From assembly GCA_051294905.1 (NCBI GenBank), contig CM119372.1:13146001-13210000 (forward strand): a stretch of DNA of 64,000 nucleotides, given 5' to 3'. Origin of the DNA: Botryllus schlosseri. Taxonomy: Eukaryota. Below are positions 48,101 through 60,100 of the stretch, piece by piece. The first letter of the stretch is position 1, and each line of letters opens with the position of its first letter. Below the pieces are notes generated by a model. The model did no database searches. It saw only the letters and a list, made by a program, of their open reading frames with translations, and was not told where the DNA came from. The translations under genes were made by a program, and so were the position numbers.

Positions 48101-51100
48101 GATCTTATATCAGATCATTATTAAGTATATTATTATGTAATACGGAATTTGAAATTGAGTATTATGTAATATTAATGACTCACAGCAGCCTGACCACACA
48201 AAAGAGAACGACAGGTATCTCGTGTCGGACATGAATCTCAAGGGAAAAGACAATAAAAATCATTCTCGCGACGTAAAGAACGACGTAAAAGATGTAACTC
48301 GAAGACAGACGCTGCAGAATGTCGGCAAGAAACCGAGCCCTACTAATGGACCCGCTTCAAATGACGTCATTTCGGATGTGAAAGAATCAAATCGTACGAT
48401 ATTTGATCCGGCAGATCACGAGATAACGTACATCTTACTCAAGGATAAGAATTTTGTCAAGTCGCTTTTCGACGAATCGAGAAAATTTGATACCTTTTGG
48501 GCGCCTGGATTCCCCATAACTCCCCACGGTAAGTTCAGTAAGTCCAAGTAAGTTTATCATACTTATTATACAACTGTACATCATCATGAGTAGCTTAGCA
48601 CAGTGCTCTTCAACCGGGGTGGTCGTACACCCTAGGGTGTACCAGAATTCGCAAAGGGTGTACCACTCGGATGGGGTGTACAGGGGTGTACCAGATCCAA
48701 ATTACAATGAGCCGATGGCTAGCTATCACAAATGCCGGTTTATAGGTCAGTACAGACAGGTTGACGCACAGGTTAACGAGCAATATGGTACAATGTTATC
48801 TCAAGTGTAATACTGTACACCGCTTGATTGTGATGTCATAAGCAAATATTTCTTCTATTCATTTAGCCGTCGGCAATAGACCAATGGTTCCGTTTGGTGT
48901 TGTAAAGTATGCAGTTAACAAACACGTGTTCAGCTAGTCATTTGTATTTTATTGATTTGTGAGGAAACCGCTGCGATAGCTCAGACTTTTTGAATCCGTG
49001 CTTCCTACCCGACGCTAATAAATACCGCAATGCACATAAATGAAGTGACGTAGCTAGCCAGGGTCGAAACAGCTTCCATATTGAAATCGAAACCCTTTTG
49101 TTTTAAAATGCCGATTGTATGTCCAATCTTTCGCCATACATTTTCAATTTAGTATTTTGTTATAAGTGATGTAAATTAGCGACAATAGACTGTGTATAGC
49201 GGCATACGATCTGAGGTTACTGACATCTCTTGCAGCCCATGTGCTACTATCGACTGTGTGTGGTGTGTGGCAGGCCTGATGCGCAGTAGGCTGGTGCGCC
49301 TGCTATCATCGCTGATCTGAATTACCGCTTCTGCAGCAGTAGCTTTAACTACTCTCCCCCCAATACTGTTACATTTAGGTTGAATATCGTTCGTTATATC
49401 ATGCTGTTTTTGCTCTGACACGAAATAAATTCCAATTTGCGTAGGGTTACTATACGTCCTCTTTTGAGAGGATTTGTCCTCTTTTTTGACTTTTTTGAAA
49501 GTGTCCTCGGAGGACGCCCTTTTGTCTACTTTTTTTGAGATTTTGTCCTCTTTTTTGAAAATTTAGGTCAGATTTAGAGCAAATTGATATGCCATAAATC
49601 AGCACAGAAGTGACGCTCCGGCTGGTATTTCGGAGTGAAAAACTGTGATTTTAGCTCTGAGTGAAAAGTTGACCTTTTTTTAGTCATCCACCTAGCAATG
49701 CGGAGAGAAAAACGATATTTTGAGCTCTGAGCGGAAAGATGACCTTTTTTTTAGTCAATTGATCACCAAGTGGGAAAAATTCACCGGTTTTTTAGAATTC
49801 TTCTCCGGTTTTGCAAGTCTCAAATTTCTGAAAAAGTGTCCTCTTTTTAGATTTCCAAAATATGGTAAGCCTAAATTTGCGTGGCGGGCTGCCTAACTGG
49901 CTGCGAATAGACTCTGTGACCAAATACTATTTTATTCAAATCCAATTTTTTGACGGCAATACCTCCGCTTCTACTGGTCGGAATTGAAGCAAATTTGAAG
50001 AACATAGTTTTTATAGACAACCTAATACTTTCATGGGGTGAACAGAAAAATTTCAAATTTTTCGTTATTTATTTTTGTATAGTAAATAGAAACTTTCCTC
50101 TCCCGTAGCAAGGCGGCTACTAGTTGGAATTGAACCAAATTTGGTGTGTAGGCTTAAGTTAGGTGGCCTAACAATTTTATTAAGTAGCCAGTACGATTTG
50201 AGAAAAATAGTCATGTTTGAAGACACCTAATGAACAGGGGTGTACGAGTTTTGAGCAAACCTTAAAAGGGTGTACCACGTCGAAAAAGGTTGAAGAGCAC
50301 TGGCTTAGCATCTGTAATAGGCAGGGAAGTGCGGAGTCGCAGCAAATCATGCATTCTATTTCGCCTATCGACACATCAACCACTTCATTTTCATCACTTT
50401 TACGATGTTCTACTGTAAGACTATCATCATCATCATCATCATCATCATTTGTTTATTAGCAATTTTATCAGTTCAATCCACCACAAAAATGCGATACAAT
50501 GAAAGGTTAGGAAGGTGTAGAAGCGACTTCGAGTATAGTCTATGGCAGTGGTCGGGAACCTTTTTTGTCAGAAGAGCCATATTAGCCCTATTTTTCCATC
50601 TCAGCTCCCAAAGAGCCATACAAGCCAACCAACTGTTACGTCATAATTGAAAATTCGTGTCGTCATTGTAGCACTAATTCGAGCTCACTACGTCGGATTC
50701 CTCGTGCGCGCCATATTTTCTCTGTAAAAACTAGTATCTATAATATAAAAATAAATGCTCGAAACGAGAGGTAAGACACAGACGGGCCAAGCCTCACCAT
50801 TGATAACGCAATTCATAGTAAGTAGCTTATAATTTATTATAACTGATATTAATCGAATGTGAATGATTCCGAAAATCTAAATACTTATCGACTTCTGAAT
50901 TCTCAAAGTATTCGGCGGTAACATAGCGTTGCGTTACACGCCTACATTTTCTCCCCGGTACTAAGCAGAGCTATTACTTACCAATCAAGAACGCGGATAG
51001 CTATGACGTTGTTTGTAATTCGAGTTTGTAATTTTCACATCCCCAACAGTTCATTTCGTGCCGTAGATCAGGAAGACTACGTTTTGAAATGGGCGTTGCC

Positions 51101-54100
51101 ATGTCCGGTATGCTCAAGATTTCAAGTCGGGTAGCCTACATAAAATTCGTGAGTGATATTGGCCGCCGGCGTGACGTAACTTAAACTTGATGATTTTGAA
51201 AAGAGAAAGTCCGAACCCCTGAACCTGAAGACGGCATTGTCTTTACCTCTCAAAGACATGTTTATACTTCCACCAGAATATAATTATTATGGCCGTGATG
51301 AAAATTTACCAACAAGTCGATGCAATATTGATCAATTCAGTACAAAAATAAATATTTGGCAAAGAGCCATATCTTATACCCAAAAGAGCCATATATGGCT
51401 CGCGAGCCATAGGTTCCCGACCACTGGTCTATGGAATCAGACACCCACCCTGGCCTATAGGGCCTAGGCTATGTAAAGAGGAAGCATGCACACTGAATGA
51501 AAAGTAAACGAAGAAAATATAGAAAAAGCAAGCGACAAAAATGAGGTGCTGGGATGTTATGGAAGGTAATCTTGAGGATCGACTAGTATTCATTTAGTAG
51601 TAATTGTTTGTATTTCGACTTGAATGTGGAGTGTGGACATGCTCGATGCGATGATCTTTTCGGTCTATCATATGATATTTGGACGACGTGGACGCGCATG
51701 TGTTGTACTTGTGCGCTTTTAATTCCGAGGTAAAGAAGTCATTGAAATATTCGGGCCCATGACCGCAGTGGAACTGATACTACAAATTGTTTTCGACTCT
51801 TTCTTCCTATCCCAATCTTGTGGTGTTTTTAAATGATAAAATTACTAAAAGGAACTGAATTCATGTCTCGCCGCAACCAGAAATAGATATGAGGATTTCT
51901 AATCAGTAAGGGAACTCTAAAATGAGAAGATTACAGGCTTGTCAATACAAAATTCATAAAGGCTGTCTTTTCCTAAGTATGTTGGCAATGCGCTGTCCCG
52001 TCGGAACATTCCCTCCTAGATCTTATTTACCCAAAAAATTCTCTCGTATAGAAGCCATCATGAAATACGGAGACCGCCTCCCGTCGTGGGAAAGATTCGA
52101 AATCATGCATTATCCGAAGATATTTTACCTCGGACTTGGCGCGAACAAGACGCAACTGACTTCGAACGCGACGGAAAACTTTGGATATGATTACTTTCAC
52201 GAGGACGAGGAAGAAGGGCATTACAGAATCGTAAGTGCATTATCAATAATCGTGTAATATAATATGCTTGCTTTGGAACAAAATCTCCACCTGGTCCACC
52301 GGAATTTTCAACGTAGTCACGTGATCTGGCTTGTGACGAACTTGATCTCCAACAATTTTTCGATCTCAAATTTTAGTTTGGTTCGACCGATGCATGGTGC
52401 ATTGTACATTTGTACATGCTATTATGGGGTCCCCGTTTTGGTCATAACGACGATCACGTACTCATCGCGAAGGATGTTCACGTAAATGTTCATTGTTCAA
52501 CAATGTAAAAATTGACCCGTGTCCAAATTCAAACTTCGAATTGTTGGCAGTTCATAGTTATGCTTATTTTGCGCGAATGGCTCATTACCTCTTTAGGACA
52601 TATAATGCTAAGCATAAAAACTGCTTTTCTTTCCAACAACAAACAGACTACCTGGTGCAAAAGGCCGTCAGGCGATACACGCTAAATCTTATTGCTCAAT
52701 GAACAACAACAATAACACTACCCAATTTGACGACGATCGGATGGATTTTTGGCGAAAGTATAGTAATAATGCGACTATAGTTATACACTTTTACGCTTGT
52801 TCACTTCATTCGGGATATGTACATTCCGTTTGAAGCGCAAAGACAGTGTAGGAAACTCGTTTCAATGCGAGTCTAATCCCTTGCTTTCGGCGAATGATCT
52901 ACTAAATAAGATAAGAAAAGTTTTTATTCTTTACCGCGCTTGGAAAACTGCAAAATTGACTTAGTCGCGCTTCACTGATGATGGTCGAACTAGGAATCAA
53001 TTCATTCACTTCCCTTGTGCATATGGAAGCTGATTTAAAATGTATGTATGTAACATTATTGGCCTAATGGATAATTATGATGTTTCACGCACAAAGACAT
53101 CACTTACCGGTGCGGTATATACACTGTTAAAAATATTCTATGCCAAATTACTGGTCTGGTCCTGGCAGCAGTTTTACGACTCTGAGACCGGTAAATTTGA
53201 AAAATATCGTCCCGTAAATATTATTGACCGTAATTTATTTTTACAATGACTGACTGTTAAAATTTTTACGGAAAATTCCCGTTACCTGATGTAACGGAAA
53301 ACGGCTGTAATACCAAGTTACTGGTCTAGTCCAGTGCAGCAGTTTTACGCTGATGAGACCAGTAAATTCGAAATAACTCTCCGTAATATGATTTTACATA
53401 TGCTGACCGTAGGAAATTTTACGGAAAATTTCCATAACTAAAGGTAACAGAAATCTGCTGTAATATTAATATACTCGTCTGGTCCCTTGCAGCAGTTTTA
53501 CGTTCCTGAGACCAGTAAATTTGAATCAGGTTTATTTGGTGCGGGAACACGTAAAAAAAAAAGTAACTGTGGATAATGACGAAAATCCAGTCTTTCTTGT
53601 GGAGATCATCAGTCAGCAACTGCCTGAATGAAGAGGGATCATCAAAACTTCAGCAGCAGTTGAAGGCCTGTACTTTGGGCCATGCTCTTTTGTAGGTTCT
53701 TCTATAATCTGAACAAAGATTATGCTGTCATCAACACCGTTACAATTTGGAAACTTTGAGACGCTATAGTATGACATACTGCGACTTTTCATATTCTTGT
53801 CAATTTCTCAAATAATGTTGGCCTAGGATAGCGGTGTCGAACATAAGGCCAGCAGGCCGCATGCGGCCTGCGAAGCAATTCTGAGTAGTTTGAAAAACCC
53901 CTGTATTACCCAGCACATTTTTTAACAAATGTTGAGATATTATTGTAAGAAATGCTTCCCGCAAGGCCACAAATGTCAAGATCATAGACCGTGATATAAT
54001 TATCCGACAGTGGTGTTATGGTTTTACTCTAGTCATCATCAGGAACAAGTTGGTGATACTGACATCCAATTCCCAAAACTCCAAAAAGTGCACACTGAGT

Positions 54101-57100
54101 TCATATTTTTATGAAGAAATGAGCCAAAAAGTAGTTATTCGGGAAGTGAAAAAAAAAACTGTTATATGCAGGTCGCATGGAGAATATAATAGTTATAAAA
54201 AATACAATTCAAATATATTTGGTTGCACTGCTCTATCACTTCTACTTAAAGGCCCCAGACAGACGGAGCAACCCGAAGGACGATTAATAATGAGCCAAAT
54301 TCTAACGTCTGCGTTTACAATTAAATCACTTGTGTTCCTCAAAAAGCGCATACGATGAGTTAACGGCAGATTACGAATAAAACAAAGGGAGCATACAAAT
54401 ATGTCAGCTTATTCCGTCGTTTGAGTCAGTGTTTTAGCGGTTGAGTTCAAACGATCAATCTTTGAATTTTTGCCAAAATTCCGTAGTTTGCGAGTAAAGG
54501 TGCTGCTAGAATATATCCATATGATATGATCGTGAATGTTATGTAATATACCAAAATGTATACAGGATTGATAATAAACTATTCAAGCGAAAAGTAAGGT
54601 CGGGCGTTTTGATGTACCGTAACATTTTGGAATGATTTGACTGATCCGGCCCGCGAGCGTTTGAAAGTTTGAATCTGGCCAGCGACGCAAGTTGAGTTTG
54701 ATACGGATACCCATGGCCTAGCACTTCGTACCTGAATCATCTTTTCCAGCGTGATTGCAAACTTTTCTGGCAATACTCCTTTCCATCGCACGTCCAATGT
54801 ATTTCGCACGGCGTCGTGCTGGAAGCGAGAGGCGAAATGATCCCTTCCTATCACATAAGCATTTGACGTCATGATTCATAATGCCATACCGCTTCCATTT
54901 TCGTGTAGTTCAATGTCAGAAAATGTAATACAAGCCATAGCTTCTGTTCACCATTAAACTGTAACGAAAATACATACGTCTTCAGAAACAGGACTGAGAA
55001 TAACTTGCCAGATTTGAGCTCGGATACTGCTATACCTACAATATCTGCTATCAACACCTGCAATATTCTAAAGCTAGAGTTAAGCTGTGGCTTCGAAACC
55101 CTCAATATCTTACAGCAACGCATCTTGTTATTATCCAATACGAAAACATCGCGTGGATATAATATCTATTTCGGAACATTCAGCCGCACGTGCTCAGGCT
55201 CAGATATGTCTGACGTCTGACGCCACTATGTCTGGAATATGTATGACGTCACAATGTACTGTTCGCTCGAGCAGCTACGAATTCATGATCAAACAATTCA
55301 GAAAGCCATTCGCAGGAAAAAGGTAAAAGACGTCTACTACTCTCGTCGCAATGGCAAAGGAGCATGGCGGCTAAACACCAGCTCCAGTGTTTCGATATCT
55401 AGTTTGCATCATACATGCGTTAAGGAGTCTACAATGGTGGCAGAACTGGTCCAACAGATAATTACACATAAGATCATACCTGCAGTAAAACTACATAACA
55501 TACCAAATTTGCTTGCCATGCTACTATTGCTAGACCTTGATGTCTCAAAGGATACTATTTATAAAGCGATATAAACGATGGTATCTGCAATGCCCAAATG
55601 TCCGGATACCATTCACCGATTAGCAATCAGCACGGCCATCGATGTCGTAATTTGCTTGATGATTGAAACATGATGTAATTACGAAAATCACATATATATA
55701 TGTCCATAAGACCGTAAGCGTGTAAAATGATCGAATTGTGAGTGATAGCAATGTCGGTAATAATGATTATGCAGTAAATCGCTTTTACGAATGCAAAAGT
55801 AAATCCGGAATACTTATTATCCAGTAAATTGCTTTTACAAATCCAAAAGTAAATCTGAAATACTGGTTATCACGTAAATTGCTTCTACGAATTTAAGCTG
55901 TAATTTTTTTACCCTTTAAAAACAAGTAAATTTACTTTTGACGTGCCCGTATATTAATTTAACGGGCATTTACCGTTAATATAACTGACGGGACAAATTT
56001 ACCGGTATAATTTGGGTAAATCTACGAATATTTCTAAGAGTGTAGGTGGATGGAACCATGATAGAACGTATAGATATCCATATCCATAAAACTCATCCTC
56101 GTTGCATTGCGGTACAAAATCGTGGTACCAATTCGGACTATACATTTCGCCATCGCACTATAATTTCTAGCTTTTCCGGCTTTGAATGTAAATTGGGACT
56201 TCTCATCGAAAGTAATTGAACATATTCCCCGTCACGTTTGCGTGTCGAATTAGCATGTTCGAAACGTAATTGGCGTGATCGCCGTGTAATTCAGGTGGTC
56301 GGCGATCATATTGCATATCGGTTCGAAATCATTAAATTTCTGGGATCTGGAACGTTCGGAGCGGTCGTGCTTGCAAGAGACTGGTCTCAGCCTGCCGCCA
56401 GAAACGTGGCCTTGAAGATAATGCATTACGACGAGTAAGCTTATCTTCTTACGGGATCGCCTAGTGCATATAATGCTGATGAGTAAGGCCGGATGCAATG
56501 ATTCGAATACTAGAATACGAATCGAGTATTGATAGTCATGGTTCGAGTCGATAAATGAGTGAAGATTTTGACAAGTACTCAAGTTATACGCCCCTTTCAC
56601 TAAGAATATTATCGTCAACGTGATTTACAGTTTCTATGCTGCTTTCCCGTCGAAGGATGATTGGAACCTAGATGCTAGACACAGACAGTGGTGGGCAAAC
56701 TGCGGCTCTTTCAGCCTTTTGTTTGCGGGTCTTTGATGATTGCATATGCATATGTAATCATGTATTTTATCGGTAATTTACAATATGCGTATTGTTTTCG
56801 TATTGGTTCTTTCCTTATGGTTTATGCGAGATTTGTAAAATTCGGGGGACAGCGGCAATACAAGGTTAGAAATTTGTAATTGAACGATCGAATTGAGTTC
56901 AAATAAACGTTTCACCCGCAACAACGGATGCCTGGCCGGGTTGTAATGACTCGAGTCATGACTCGACTCGAGTCACAGTTTTTTGATGACTCGACTTGAC
57001 TCGATTCATTTTCTCAAAGTACGGAAATGACTCGACTCGACTCGAATCAATCTGTGTATTGACTCAACTTGGATTTGGAATCAAGTCACATGACTCGAGA

Positions 57101-60100
57101 CTCAGACGGCCAAGGTCGACATTTCATTGTAATTTCGAAGAATAGCGAAGTAACCACACTATTGGGATTTCATCTATTGGTACTGGATACTTGAAAATGC
57201 GACCGGAAACTGCTAAAAGTGAGAAAAAGTAGTATATTATAAATGCGAACCATTCGATATCACCAAACAAAGGTATAAAAAGTGATTTTAACAAGACTTT
57301 AGCTGTAAACTGAGCAGTCAACACAATGACTTGGACTCGGAATCGAGTCATAATTCCATGACTCGGACTCGACCCTCTGCTTGCTGGCTTAGACTCGAAC
57401 TTGACTCGGTGGTGAATTGAAAATAACTCGACTTGACTCGAGTCAAAACTACAAAAGTGAGATTGACTTGTGACTCGGTAACAAGCCTGATGCCTGGTCA
57501 TCAAGCAATGATAAATCATTATGTTCAACAATGAACTTGATAATTGAGTGCACCAGCGCAGGTCACAATCATACCCGTGCTAGCAATGGTGAATAAGGCT
57601 CTTCCATTTGTACTATAAAGTGTAACAATAACCGCAGAGTTTTACCGAGAAAATGTGGTCGAGATTTCCGCGCTGAAATCTCCCTTGAATTCTCATCAGC
57701 ACTTGAAGGAACTGTTCCGAACTGCTGAGACGTCATATATGCTTGATTTCAAACATCTTGCAGCCCAAGTGGAATCGCACCGTATCAGCACAAAATAATA
57801 AACTTCATTCGATAGCCTAAATTTTATTCTGATGTCACAATTTCGCATGTTTGTGTTGTGACTCTTCTAAAGCTAAAATTTTTGATGTGCGGCTCGCGCA
57901 TGAAGCAGGTCTGCCCACCACTATGCTAGATCCATGGTATCACAATAGCCAAAATATGCAGTACAAAGCTACGCCCATTAGTGGAAATGTCATTGATGTG
58001 AAGTCAGGATCACACACATTGTCACAAGTGCTATGACAAGCTATGGTCGTATCATAGCATATATAATTTGGAGTACTTTCCACATCAGCTATACTCTTAT
58101 GACGTCACAATAAACGATACCCGAATATTAGCATCGACTCGAAGGTTAACAATTGATTCCAAATAGAATCACTCAGGTACTCGATTTTGCTCATCCCTAC
58201 TGAACTGTGATAGTACCGTACACCTGTCAAAGGTAATTTCAAGTCTACGAATTCGTCCCTTTTCAGAAATGACAAATACATAATAAGGGAGTTGAATATG
58301 ATGAAGGCCATCGAAGGTAACGCGACGAACAAAGAGTACTTTTCGCGCATGTTAGCAACCTTCAATTTTCGCAACCACAAATGTATGGTGCTGGAACTGT
58401 TGGGGTAAGAGCATTCGGTCTTATTCCTAGATGACACATAACCGACTGGTGTTGAATTCAGTGATCGACAGCTGTTGAATTAAGCAATTCATTGACATCG
58501 CGGCCAAAACTCCGAGATATCGGACTACAGTACTACGACACCTTTTCCACAAGATGCAATTCCTACAAAATACTCAGTTAGCGTGATACAGGGCTATTTC
58601 TCACATTCATTATTAAAGTTTCACCGGTAAAGGAGATGCATTGCATACCTATCCAAAAACTACATTATACTTTACAAAATCCGATCTGTAAAAAGTTAGT
58701 GCTTTAGAAACTGTCAAGTAGAAGTGCAAATGGTCTGTAAACATGACCACTCGAACAAGTAGTAGAAGTACTGTAGGTAAAACATACTTGAATGCTTCCA
58801 TAAATTAGAAGTACTTCGTTACTGACCACTTCTGGTGCACCCTCGGTGTCTTAAGGCCAAGTTTACTTTCAGCCTGTTATCACGAAAGCAACGGCCCATA
58901 GTGGTGTCACATTTTAACGGTATGTTGACAATCTTCTTTTCAAAATATAGAGACTCGCTACATCGCCACAAACATGGACCGGTCAAGGACTTGAGTCTTT
59001 TCCGTCGGTTCGCTCACGACATTCTCATGGGGCTTCATTATTTGAAAGAGCTCAACGTCGTTCACGCGGACATGAAGCCAGTATGATGTAACACAAGTCT
59101 TTCGACCACCGACTAAAGCATTTCTTGTCACTCAGGGGAATATAATGTATATGTACGGCAAAAGCAACACAAGTGAAGGTCAGCTACTGAAAGTCGCCGA
59201 TTTCGGCATCGGTTGCGTTCCTGGAGACAAACGTGAGTGTACCCCTGTACACTGTACAGTAGGGCTCTTCAAAAATGACTTTTTTCTCAAATCGTACTGG
59301 CTACTTGATAAAATTGTTATGTTACCTAATTTAAGCCTACACACAAAATTTGGTTCAATTCCAGCCAGTAACCGCTTTGCTACAGGAGAAGTAAGTTTCG
59401 ATTTATTATATAAAAATAAATAATAAAAAATTTGAAAATTTTCTGTTCACCCCATAAAAGTGTTAGGCTGCCTATAGGAACGATGCTCACCAAATTTGGT
59501 TCAATTCCAACCTGTGGAAGCGGAGAGTTATTACCGTCGAAAATTTTTGATTTGAATAAAATAGTGTTTACGGTGAGCACAACTATAATAAATAAACAAA
59601 GAATCGGTCACCGTAAATACTATTTTATTCAAAACCAAATTTTTCGACGGCAATAACTTCGCTTCCACTGGTTGGAATTGAACCAAATTTGGTGAGCATC
59701 GTTTCTATAGACAGACTAACACTTTTATGGGGTGAACAGAAAATTTTCAAATTTTTTATTATTTATTTTCATGTAATAAATAGGAACTTTCTTCTCCTGT
59801 AGCATAGCGGTTACTGGCTGGAATTGAACCAAATTTTGTGTGTAGGCTTAAATTAGGTAACCTAACAATTTTATCAAGTAGCCAGTACGATTTGAGAAAA
59901 AAAGTCATTGTTGAAGAGCCCTACTGTACAGTATACGAGAGTTTTCCCGATCAGTCACGCATACCGCGGGAGAATTCCAAATTTCAACGAAGATTGAGTA
60001 GCAAATAATATAAGCGCAGTGAGTCGCTCACCGTGCGTACGCAGCTATCGGACTATCCTACTATATATATAGTTAGGCTATATATCGAGGTATTCGTTGA

